Below are positions 27,907 through 36,048 of a stretch of DNA of 64,000 nucleotides, one piece after another. Where the stretch lies: positions 1 to 64,000 of IMG/VR virus record IMGVR_UViG_3300011113_000287, one strand, 5' to 3'. Made by a program: the position numbers and the translations under genes. This stretch comes from a virus. The notes under the pieces were generated by a model, which saw only the letters and a list, made by a program, of their open reading frames with translations, was not told where the DNA came from and made no database searches. Position 1 is the first letter of the stretch, and every line of letters begins with the position of its first letter.

Positions 27907-27907
27907 G

Positions 27908-28057
27908 TCACACCCACTTCCCGTTTACGAGCACAAAGTCCATGAACTCTGCGTATTCGGGGTCAGCATGGAATACGTCGGTGCGACAGTATTCGCACAC
28001 TTCGTCCTTTCCATACACCCGTCCCATCGGGCACTCACAATACGATTTGTCGGTCAT
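27908..28057 (-). CDS. Small Cys-rich protein
   Basis: AGGAGG RBS; downstream of P9. Confidence 0.6.
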   Translation of the reverse strand: MTDKSYCECPMGRVYGKDEVCEYCRTDVFHADPEYAEFMDFVLVNGKWV

Positions 28058-28074
28058 TCTTGCCTCCTGCTTAC

Positions 28075-28105
28075 AATGTACCACACGACATACCATTGGT
28101 GTCAA
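28075..28105 (-). promoter_or_regulatory. Promoter P9
   Basis: TTGACA-CCAATGGTATGTCGTGTGG-TACATT. Confidence 0.8.
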
Positions 28106-28174
28106 GCCCCCTGTACGGACGATTACGGGAAGGAGGGGGAGTGCGTAACTCGTCCATACAGGGGGACAAACTTG

Positions 28175-28999
28175 TTATGCGTATGCGTAGACATACTCAA
28201 CGATGGAGAACTCTCCCTTGTCCTCCATCATGTATGCCATCATCTCTGTTACGCCATCAGGGAAATAAAAAAAGATGCGAGTATCGTGAACTCCAAAACT
28301 GTCGCACCCTTCATCAAAGTTTCCCTCATTTTTTTCTTCGTCATAGTCGCCAAACGACACGTATCCGCCAATGAGACCTTGACGTATGGGGTCATTACCT
28401 TTCCAACGATAGGTGATGTTAGCACCAATAGGTTCTTTCGCATTGTATTGTAAGTCAATGGACTGTACCTGCGCCCTGCGCCCGTCGCTCAGTATCAACG
28501 TTTGTTCTCCATCAAATGTTTCCTCGCTCGTGTAGACGGCACGAGACCCACGCACTTGTTCGTAGGACAAATGGCTGTCCTCTCCGTCAATGCGTGCCCA
28601 AATGTGGGTACAGCCAGCGAAATACGGTGTCTCCAACACTTCTATCTCAGACACTCCGTCTCCTACTGTGTTATCCCACTCGTCGTCGTTGTCGTCGTAC
28701 TTGTCCACCAAGATTTCGTAGGCAACGTTGGCATCGGCAGATTTCTCCGTAATGAAGTACCCAATGCGGTTCACGATGTGGTAACCATTAACGATGTACG
28801 TGCCTTTGTCCCCGTCAATGTATGTCCACACGGTGCGTTCCGTGTCGGGAGTATTAGCCCTGTCGCACACGTGCTCCACCTCGTCGCCGTAAATCTCAAA
28901 CATGGTTTGATTAAACGACGAGTCGGGGTCAATGTAGTTAATCATGGGCTTAAACTCTTTCTCCCATGCGTCATAGTCCATACGCACAACTTCGCTCAC
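28175..28999 (-). CDS. Multidomain acidic hypothetical protein
   Basis: VWTYIDGD...GYHIVNRIGYFITE in the N-terminal domain. Confidence 0.7.
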   Translation of the reverse strand: MSEVVRMDYDAWEKEFKPMINYIDPDSSFNQTMFEIYGDEVEHVCDRANTPDTERTVWTYIDGDKGTYIVNGYHIVNRIGYFITEKSADANVAYEILVDKYDDNDDEWDNTVGDGVSEIEVLETPYFAGCTHIWARIDGEDSHLSYEQVRGSRAVYTSEETFDGEQTLILSDGRRAQVQSIDLQYNAKEPIGANITYRWKGNDPIRQGLIGGYVSFGDYDEEKNEGNFDEGCDSFGVHDTRIFFYFPDGVTEMMAYMMEDKGEFSIVEYVYAYA

Positions 29000-29277
29000 T
29001 TGTCGCCTCCCAATGCGTTGTTCATCTTGACAAACGCCGTAACGATGTTTGCGTACGACAGGCATTTGGTCAGCACAGCACGAGACAAGTCATCTGACTT
29101 GCGTGTTGCTTCCATGTCAGAGTCGTTTTTATCGTCCAGCATGTACCACTCCTCACGTTCGGTGTCCCATACGACACCTGTTTCGGAATAGTGCTCGCCG
29201 TACTCGTTGTCTAACCACAGACTGACAATACCATTGTCATCTACTTCGGATACTACGGTAAAGTGATGCTGTTTCAT
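28996..29277 (-). CDS. Hypothetical protein
   Basis: Coupled ORF. Confidence 0.65.
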   Translation of the reverse strand: MKQHHFTVVSEVDDNGIVSLWLDNEYGEHYSETGVVWDTEREEWYMLDDKNDSDMEATRKSDDLSRAVLTKCLSYANIVTAFVKMNNALGGDK

Positions 29278-29504
29278 TAGAACACCAAGAACGTTCGCAA
29301 CTCGTCGTTTGTGTAAGGCACTTCGGTCTCTTTGTCTCCCAATGCCTGAGTGTCGTAGAACACGTCCCAGCCACCGTCTCCAACGAATACAACCTTGCCC
29401 TCAAACGTGCTAACACCCATCTCCTTAGCCTCCTCCAACGTGTCTGCTTCCACGAGGATACCAATGTCAATGGTCTTGGAACAATACTTGATAAACTTTG
29501 GCAT
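29277..29504 (-). CDS. Hypothetical protein (VEAxTLEEA motif)
   Basis: Coupled ORF. Confidence 0.6.
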   Translation of the reverse strand: MPKFIKYCSKTIDIGILVEADTLEEAKEMGVSTFEGKVVFVGDGGWDVFYDTQALGDKETEVPYTNDELRTFLVF

Positions 29505-29505
29505 G

Positions 29506-29751
29506 TTAGCCTACTTTCTCAACGAACAGGTGTCCTGCTCCGTTGCCTTCTTGGTCGGACGACGGGACGATTACCGTGCCGTCTGTGAACTCCACGAGGA
29601 ACGCATAATCTGTGTCGTAGTCCCACGCAAAGATTTCGCACTCGTTGATGGTCATAGGACGCACACGCAACACAGTTTTACCAACGAGAAAGCCAAACTC
29701 CCTCTTGATTACCGTCCTACGTTCTGCGTGTTCTGCTGTTTCTTTTGCCAT
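29506..29751 (-). CDS. Hypothetical protein (SSDQEGNGAGHL)
   Basis: GGAGG RBS; downstream of P10. Confidence 0.7.
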   Translation of the reverse strand: MAKETAEHAERRTVIKREFGFLVGKTVLRVRPMTINECEIFAWDYDTDYAFLVEFTDGTVIVPSSDQEGNGAGHLFVEKVG

Positions 29752-29770
29752 GTCATTACCTCCAAACGAC

Positions 29771-29801
29771 AACTTATCAAATCACTTACTATCGGTGTCA
29801 A
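29771..29801 (-). promoter_or_regulatory. Promoter P10
   Basis: TTGACA-CCGATAGTAAGTGATTTGA-TAAGTT. Confidence 0.8.
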
Positions 29802-30060
29802 GCCCGTCATAGTCAATGGTGAGTTGGTCAGCAAACATAACACTATTAATGTATTTGCCTACCTCAACGGGGTCGGTGGCAAACTCAATGAGAGCCTCGC
29901 CAATGAGGTGCGCTTCATACACACCGCACTCACAGCCTTCCGCCATGTGTTTGCCGTGCCTCACGGTGTTCCAACCAATGAGGTCAAGATACAAAATGAA
30001 CGGTGAAGGAAACGGATAGTCCTCACTCATTTCCCACAAGTGTGCTACTGCCTTCGTCAT
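29782..30060 (-). CDS. Hypothetical protein
   Basis: Coupled ORF. Confidence 0.65.
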   Translation of the reverse strand: MTKAVAHLWEMSEDYPFPSPFILYLDLIGWNTVRHGKHMAEGCECGVYEAHLIGEALIEFATDPVEVGKYINSVMFADQLTIDYDGLDTDSK

Positions 30061-30605
30061 GATTTCCCCTGTTCATTCGTTGTGATGTACGCTTCTTTCA
30101 CAGCGTCAATGATGCTGGGCTTGTAGTTCAGCCATGCCATGCTTCCGTTGAGAGCAAGTTCAGCCACCAACGTAAGCCATGCGTCGTCGGCAAAGTTTGC
30201 TCCATAATACACAGCCTTGTAAGTTTCCTTACTATGGGCATCAACGTCAGTAGTATTATCAAAGTATCCCTCCTCCAAAAGGTTGGCAAACACTTCACGC
30301 AACGCAGACGGGCTGTACGGAATGGCGTTGCTCCACGTCAGGTCTCCACTACGGAGAGAACGTTCAGCCAACTCTTTGCGAGTCACATCGGCAAGTTTCT
30401 TGTAAGGGTTAGCGTCATTAGACGTAATGTCCAACACTTGCGATACATTCTGCCCATACTGTTCTGCGATACGAGAGATTTCGCTGTCGTTGCCGTCAGA
30501 CTCCTCCCACTCGTCACGTGCTTCGGGGGGAAGTTCGTTGGGGTCAAGGAACATACAATGCTCCGCCTCTAACACCGTTCCTGTTTGTGAGCAAACTATC
30601 AACAT
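30057..30605 (-). CDS. Hypothetical protein
   Basis: Likely start MLIVCSQ. Confidence 0.65.
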   Translation of the reverse strand: MLIVCSQTGTVLEAEHCMFLDPNELPPEARDEWEESDGNDSEISRIAEQYGQNVSQVLDITSNDANPYKKLADVTRKELAERSLRSGDLTWSNAIPYSPSALREVFANLLEEGYFDNTTDVDAHSKETYKAVYYGANFADDAWLTLVAELALNGSMAWLNYKPSIIDAVKEAYITTNEQGKS

Positions 30606-30606
30606 G

Positions 30607-30876
30607 TTACAACTCCTCCCCATGCTCGTCTGTAAATACAAGGTCTTTCAGCCTCGCTTCGTGTCCGAAACCACACGAGAAGTCGTCCTTTGCGTAATGC
30701 TCAACACGTTCCATTACGCTTTCCTCGTCTACGGTGATACCTTCCTCAATAAGGTTCTCAACGATGCGAACCACGTCGTACGTCACGTGCTTGGCGACGT
30801 TAATGTAGTTACCAAACGGCAACTTTTCCACCATTTTCTCCATCGCTTCTAACGAAACTTTCTGTTTTTTCCTCAT
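30607..30876 (-). CDS. Hypothetical protein
   Basis: Coupled ORF. Confidence 0.65.
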   Translation of the reverse strand: MRKKQKVSLEAMEKMVEKLPFGNYINVAKHVTYDVVRIVENLIEEGITVDEESVMERVEHYAKDDFSCGFGHEARLKDLVFTDEHGEEL

Positions 30877-31160
30877 TGGTTCACATTCCTGTTCCATTGG
30901 GTACGAGGGTGGCGTTCCTCTGCCTTTTTAATCCATTCGTTGTATGAAGTAGGAGTAACGATAAAGGCATGTACGTCGTTAGCAGGAGTTTCAGGGCAAG
31001 CCTTTCCCTCTAACACCGAAACGAGTTTGTGTGTGTATCCGTTCGTGCCAGCAGGAAGGTTGTTCCCACCTGCCGACAGGAACACCATTTGTAACCTGCG
31101 AGGATTACCTTCTGGGTCGTCCTTGCTACACGTGATGTGTAATACGTAGCGAGTAATCAC
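30873..31160 (-). CDS. Hypothetical protein (GNPRRL)
   Basis: Coupled ORF. Confidence 0.65.
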   Translation of the reverse strand: MITRYVLHITCSKDDPEGNPRRLQMVFLSAGGNNLPAGTNGYTHKLVSVLEGKACPETPANDVHAFIVTPTSYNEWIKKAEERHPRTQWNRNVNQ

Positions 31161-31468
31161 TTGCTTCCTTTCTTTCCATCTTTGCCACGCTTGCTATCTC
31201 CACCAGCGTTGATGGTGATACTAGGTGCGTAGTTGATACTTTGGTCAATGTTGATAATAGTATTCTGAGTGTTCCTCAATGCCACGTCGGACGTGAGAAC
31301 GGACACTCTGCCCGTCTTTGTGTCCTCAACGATGAACACCGTTGCTCCATCTCCATGTTTCACAGCGTCCTCCAAACTTGCGAGTGCCATTGACACAACT
31401 TCTGTTTCGTCCTCAGCGTCGTCGTACGACATAGACCACGTGACTACCCAACGTCCAACGTCAGCCAT
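31157..31468 (-). CDS. Hypothetical protein
   Basis: Coupled ORF. Confidence 0.65.
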   Translation of the reverse strand: MADVGRWVVTWSMSYDDAEDETEVVSMALASLEDAVKHGDGATVFIVEDTKTGRVSVLTSDVALRNTQNTIINIDQSINYAPSITINAGGDSKRGKDGKKGSK

Positions 31469-31685
31469 AAATGACAGGCTCGCAGTCGTCGTTCAGTACG
31501 AAGTTGATGCCCAACTCCCGACAATGTTTGCGGAGAAAGGGAACTTCGTCGGAGATAGAGGCGAGTTGTGATGCCAACATGTTCCATTCCTCGTCATTCT
31601 CAACGTCAGGCAACCGTCCTGCGAGCGTGTGAAACCAGCCAACCGTGTCCCAATGGTATTTGCGGTGCTCTGCGTACTTGCTCAC
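31461..31685 (-). CDS. Hypothetical protein
   Basis: Coupled ORF. Confidence 0.6.
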   Translation of the reverse strand: MSKYAEHRKYHWDTVGWFHTLAGRLPDVENDEEWNMLASQLASISDEVPFLRKHCRELGINFVLNDDCEPVIYG

Positions 31686-32125
31686 GCCCTGTCCTCCGAC
31701 ACGTCCTTGACGAACGTCTTGGCAAACACCATGCGGTATCCAAACGTGGTATTGATGTTAAATGAAATCTCGTAACCACGATACAGCATTTGGTTCGTAA
31801 TACGGACTATCTTGTCGTGAGTGAACGCCCACTTGGTAGCGTACTTGTAATAGACGCTTACCATTTCTTGCTTTTCAGCATCGTAACGCTTAGGGAACGT
31901 CACTTCGGACTGTTCTCCGTCGTCGGTAACGATTTCCGTCTTAACGAGGGTGACACGAGGTGTAATACCGCCGATGGTGTCCATCGTCCAACCCCAACGG
32001 GTAAGCCTGTTTACTTGGTCAAACACTTTTGCCATTGAGCGTGCTTTGATGATGCGGTAGCGACGGTTGTGAACTCCGAGTTTGTCGTTGTCTACACGAA
32101 CCTTGCTGGTGAATACGTTTGTCAT
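31682..32125 (-). CDS. Hypothetical protein
   Basis: AGGAG RBS; downstream of P11. Confidence 0.7.
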   Translation of the reverse strand: MTNVFTSKVRVDNDKLGVHNRRYRIIKARSMAKVFDQVNRLTRWGWTMDTIGGITPRVTLVKTEIVTDDGEQSEVTFPKRYDAEKQEMVSVYYKYATKWAFTHDKIVRITNQMLYRGYEISFNINTTFGYRMVFAKTFVKDVSEDRA

Positions 32126-32156
32126 TTTGTTATCTCCTGTTCTTGTCTTTGTTATG

Positions 32157-32187
32157 AATGTATCACACGGGTTACTATCCGTGTCAA
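32157..32187 (-). promoter_or_regulatory. Promoter P11
   Basis: TTGACA-CGGATAGTAACCCGTGTGA-TACATT. Confidence 0.8.
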
Positions 32188-32266
32188 GTCTTGTCACGAA
32201 TAAACACGCTGAGAAAGTAGTACCCACATGTCAGTATTACGCATAATGCGATGATGGCAAAGTCAC

Positions 32267-32515
32267 TCATACGAGAGCCATCTCGTTCTCACGCTCAGGG
32301 TCGTGAACGGTGACTGTGGTAGACCACACTCCGTCAGCGTCCTCTTTCGTTACGAAGTGGAGGTCATAGTTGTCGTCAAACGTCACCCACTCATCACGAT
32401 TAATGATGTGTGAAAGATAGTTCGTACGACGTTCGCTACACGCCAAGTATCCAAACGAGAACCACAGCATTTGGTCTGCGAGTTCGTCGGTTGGCAACCA
32501 TTCCAACTTATTCAT
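32267..32515 (-). CDS. Hypothetical protein
   Basis: Coupled to the whiB-like gene. Confidence 0.6.
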   Translation of the reverse strand: MNKLEWLPTDELADQMLWFSFGYLACSERRTNYLSHIINRDEWVTFDDNYDLHFVTKEDADGVWSTTVTVHDPERENEMALV

Positions 32516-32850
32516 GCTTCCTTCCTCATTTCTTTTGATTTGCGTACAACCATTTTGTGTTGCTCATGGTAGAACTTCATACGACGTTTACGATTACGGT
32601 TCGGCTTACCACGAGGTTGGAAATCAACTCCTCCCCACACCCCGTAGAACTCGTCCTTAGCCAATGCGAAGTTAAAGCACTCACGCACTACTTCGCACTT
32701 AGCACAAATGCTTTGCGTATGCTTTAATTTACTTTTGTAAGTACCTACTTCGTCCTTCTCGCAGTCAAGAAAGAACAGGTTGGAGGGAAGCCCCCTACAA
32801 CCTGCCCTTTCGTACCACGACAGGTCTGGTGTCGTGGCGTTGTCCGTCAC
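32512..32850 (-). CDS. whiB: WhiB-family transcription factor
   Basis: W..RAGC...FF...CAKC.V.REC..FAL....YGVWGG. Confidence 0.9.
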   Translation of the reverse strand: MTDNATTPDLSWYERAGCRGLPSNLFFLDCEKDEVGTYKSKLKHTQSICAKCEVVRECFNFALAKDEFYGVWGGVDFQPRGKPNRNRKRRMKFYHEQHKMVVRKSKEMRKEA

Positions 32851-33854
32851 ACCAACACCAAGTCGTTGATGACCTTCATCACCTGCTCGTCCTGATTAAA
32901 GACCTTCCCCGTGAGAGCGTTCATCATGTTGCGCTCAACACGGTTATCGTCTTTACCGACGACGTGCTGGTTAAAGGTGTTAAAGGCGTGGATAACTCCG
33001 AGTGCCGTGCCCGTGAACGGTGCGACACGTGGGTCATTGACGTACATGTCCTTGATGCGCTCCTGTTTGTTCTCAATGCGAGAGACAGCCTGCTTTGGGG
33101 CGTTCTCGTCTGAGTTAATCGGCATCAACTTGTTCACGATGGCTTCCCACTCACGGTCAGACACCTTGATGCTGGCATACTTGTTCACTTCGGCAACGAT
33201 GTCCTCCGTCATGCGGTGGACGAAACCGAGTGCGTCACGCACATTCTGTAAGCGGAAGTTGCTGTTCTTGCTGTGACGAGCACGGAACGTTTCGGTCTTT
33301 TCGCTAATCGCACGAGCCAGCAAGTTGTCACACTCAACACGAGTGGCAACCTGTTTGTACGTGGTGCTAATAGACCCGTTGTGGCTCGTGGTAGCCAAGA
33401 GCATCGGACGAACGGAGAAGCCGTCAAGCACCTTGATGGTTTCGGGCATCTCAACGCTGACGAAACTCACCGCACCGTTTTTCAGGATACCTGCGCTACC
33501 AATGTTAAGGTCATCGTCCAAGAGATGCGACACGCTCTCAATGAGCCATGACTTGTATTGGTGAATGGCATAGGTGTCCTTAAACATGCCCAGCACATCA
33601 CCGTTGTCGCTACGGACAATGGCTTTGCGGTCAGTCTCCATGCGGTACGTGTCGTTCCACTTGATGTAGACGGGTGCTTCCTGAGCCTCCCACGAATACA
33701 GGCGACGGAGAACGTCCTCAACGGGGATAGCACCCTCGTAGTGATTTGGCTCGTCGCTCTGACTGTCCATGCGGTAGTGCCACGCCGTGCCACGCTGTTT
33801 CGTGTGCCCGATGAGGCAATACTTGTTCAGCCACTCGTATGTTTCCTTACTCAT
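32847..33854 (-). CDS. DUF932-family protein
   Basis: AWH, IVRSD...LG, SAG.LKNG, LLATTSHNGS, RVECDN, RHS. Confidence 0.85.
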   Translation of the reverse strand: MSKETYEWLNKYCLIGHTKQRGTAWHYRMDSQSDEPNHYEGAIPVEDVLRRLYSWEAQEAPVYIKWNDTYRMETDRKAIVRSDNGDVLGMFKDTYAIHQYKSWLIESVSHLLDDDLNIGSAGILKNGAVSFVSVEMPETIKVLDGFSVRPMLLATTSHNGSISTTYKQVATRVECDNLLARAISEKTETFRARHSKNSNFRLQNVRDALGFVHRMTEDIVAEVNKYASIKVSDREWEAIVNKLMPINSDENAPKQAVSRIENKQERIKDMYVNDPRVAPFTGTALGVIHAFNTFNQHVVGKDDNRVERNMMNALTGKVFNQDEQVMKVINDLVLV

Positions 33855-33892
33855 TGTTCCTACCTCCTGTGGTAGTTGTCGTTTGTAACATC

Positions 33893-33923
33893 ACCGTATC
33901 ACACGGCATACTATTCGTGTCAA
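33893..33923 (-). promoter_or_regulatory. Promoter P12
   Basis: TTGACA-CGAATAGTATGCCGTGTGA-TACGGT. Confidence 0.8.
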
Positions 33924-33928
33924 GTCCA

Positions 33929-35836
33929 TTACCGATAATCATTCAGCATGTCCTGTAACAGTTTTGCCGTCATCGTCCCTGCGTCGGCGTTCAGGTTCTC
34001 AGCCCAGCCGTCCAACACCGCCGACGTGCTTTCCGCTTTGGCGTTGAGCAGACTCCACAACCGCATGTCAATAGTTGGGAACTCAGCGTCCACCGCCGTA
34101 ATCCACCACGACACCACATGGCTGTCTTGTCCGATACGGTGACACCTGTCCTCAGCCTGCTGTCCTGTGGACGGGCTGTATGGCATCTCAGCCAACACCA
34201 CGTGCGATGCGGAGGTCAGGTTCAGTCCCGTACCTGCGCTCTCGTACTGTCCCAAGAACACGCTGACCTGCTTGCTCGTGAACTTCTCCACGTACCGTTG
34301 CTTGGCTTCGGGAGTAGAACCTCCTGCCACCATGACAACGCCATGTCCTTCCAACTTCTCGTACAAGGCATTGAGCACCTTACGATGGTATGCGAACACT
34401 ACTACTTGTTCACCCTCTGCGATGAGTGAGTTCACGTGCTCAACTACCGCATTGATTTTGGCGATACCCAGCAGTTCACGCAACTTGTTCATGCGAGTGA
34501 TGACCTCAGCCTTGCTCGCCCGTTGCCATGCTTCCGTGCCATACTTCTCCATGACCCAACGCAAGAAATCACGCTCCGCCGTGCGGTATTCGTCCATCTC
34601 CTCGTTGTTAAGTTCTATGTCAAGTTGCGCCCTGCGCTTGGCAGGAAGGTCAGCCAGCACGTCCTCCTTGCGCCTGCGTACCATACACGTGCCCCGTAAC
34701 ACGGTGTTCAGTTCCGTAGTGTTACTAGCACCATTCATGTTCGGAAATCCGTTCACCACACGGTAATCGCAATACTTGATGAGAAACTGCTTACGTGAGC
34801 CAAACACGTTGTCCAGCCTTCCAATGATGCGGAGAGGGCTAAGCAACTCGCTGGGACGGTTTGGTGTCAGCGTTCCCGACATGAGAGCGACGATGCCACT
34901 AACGGGAATACTATTGGCGATGTATCCGACACCACGTGTGCGCTGTGCCTTCTCGTTCTTGATGCTGTGCGCCTCGTCCACGATGAGCGTGTCATACTTC
35001 CCAGCCAACTTCGTAGCCCACGCACTTACCACGCTGTCACCGATGACGAGAACGTCGTGCTTAGTGAGGGAGTGTGGTTTGCGTCCTTTGACAGTAATGA
35101 CCTTGATAGACGGTGCGAACCTGCGAAACTCCTTTACCCATTGGAGGCGCAAATGGGGAGGTACGACAACGAGTGTCTTTCTTTTGTTCATCGTGGTGTC
35201 CAACGCCAATGCGATGCCCTGTGCCGTCTTGCCCAAGCCCATGCTGTCTGCCAGCAAGACACGTCGGGCTTCCAATGCGTACTTAACGCCAGCACGTTGG
35301 TATGGCAGTAGTGGCAAGTCCAAGTCAAAGCCAAGTTCAGCGTCATGGGACTTGGACAGTTCCACGAGTTCGGGACGAGACACCACAACTCTTGGCATGC
35401 GTTCCAGCCCGTACACAAACAGTTCCAAGTTTGCCAGCAACGTCACGCTGTCCCATTTCAGTTCGGGCAGTTCGGTGACGGACGGGCAGTTCTCGCTATT
35501 GTGGTACGTCAGCCAGCCACCATCGTCAAAGACGTACAGTCCCAGCCCTGCGAGCACGTCATTACCGCACAGCGCACAGGTGTCCTTGCGTTTGTTCACG
35601 AGGATACGTGTTGCGCTCATTGGCAAGTGAGCCTGCGATGCGGTGCGAGTAATCGGCAGTACCGACAAGTATTCCAGCAAGTCATTAGCACTTATAAAGG
35701 TCAGTTCATCAAGGTTCTGCGCCTTTATCAACTCGTCTACCTGCGTCTCGTCAAGCAACCCCAAAGGCATACTACGAGCGATAAGTGATGCCCTTATTTG
35801 GACTTGCTGTTTGGGCAATACGGCGACGTTAGCCAT
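33929..35836 (-). CDS. SNF2-family helicase/translocase (HARP-like)
   Basis: LLADSMGLGKT, DEAH, SGT..PNRP.EL, GTGLNL, QAEDRCHRIGQ. Confidence 0.92.
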   Translation of the reverse strand: MANVAVLPKQQVQIRASLIARSMPLGLLDETQVDELIKAQNLDELTFISANDLLEYLSVLPITRTASQAHLPMSATRILVNKRKDTCALCGNDVLAGLGLYVFDDGGWLTYHNSENCPSVTELPELKWDSVTLLANLELFVYGLERMPRVVVSRPELVELSKSHDAELGFDLDLPLLPYQRAGVKYALEARRVLLADSMGLGKTAQGIALALDTTMNKRKTLVVVPPHLRLQWVKEFRRFAPSIKVITVKGRKPHSLTKHDVLVIGDSVVSAWATKLAGKYDTLIVDEAHSIKNEKAQRTRGVGYIANSIPVSGIVALMSGTLTPNRPSELLSPLRIIGRLDNVFGSRKQFLIKYCDYRVVNGFPNMNGASNTTELNTVLRGTCMVRRRKEDVLADLPAKRRAQLDIELNNEEMDEYRTAERDFLRWVMEKYGTEAWQRASKAEVITRMNKLRELLGIAKINAVVEHVNSLIAEGEQVVVFAYHRKVLNALYEKLEGHGVVMVAGGSTPEAKQRYVEKFTSKQVSVFLGQYESAGTGLNLTSASHVVLAEMPYSPSTGQQAEDRCHRIGQDSHVVSWWITAVDAEFPTIDMRLWSLLNAKAESTSAVLDGWAENLNADAGTMTAKLLQDMLNDYR

Positions 35837-35981
35837 GCTGTTCCTCCTGTTCGTTGTCCACCAAAGATGATACAGCGTCGGTGTTACGACGTGACACAGC
35901 CTCGTCGTACAACCTGTCCAACAGGGCTTCCACCTTGCGGTCAGCCTCTTTGCGTAGTTGTCGTGTGCGTCGGTACGTCAC
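35829..35981 (-). CDS. 50-aa protein (not in the ORF track)
   Basis: GTG start after AGGAGG directly downstream of P13: MTYRRTRQLRKEAD... Confidence 0.55.
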   Translation of the reverse strand: MTYRRTRQLRKEADRKVEALLDRLYDEAVSRRNTDAVSSLVDNEQEEQHG

Positions 35982-35997
35982 TCAGCCTCCTACCCCA

Positions 35998-36028
35998 AAC
36001 GTACTATGCCACCTACTATCGCAGTCAA
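35998..36028 (-). promoter_or_regulatory. Promoter P13
   Basis: TTGACT-GCGATAGTAGGTGGCATAG-TACGTT; CRP-like site at 36038. Confidence 0.8.
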
Positions 36029-36048
36029 GGGACAATGAGTGACTAACG

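Noticed and set aside
22442-35788. Long plus-strand ORFs (e.g. 25706, 27719, 28502, 34776)
   Set aside because: Antisense shadows of well-supported minus-strand genes, with no RBS or recognisable motifs.
35860-35890. TAACACCGACGC as a 14th 19-bp promoter
   Set aside because: Lacks TTGAC and the GATAGTA box, and lies within the small ORF 35829-35981.
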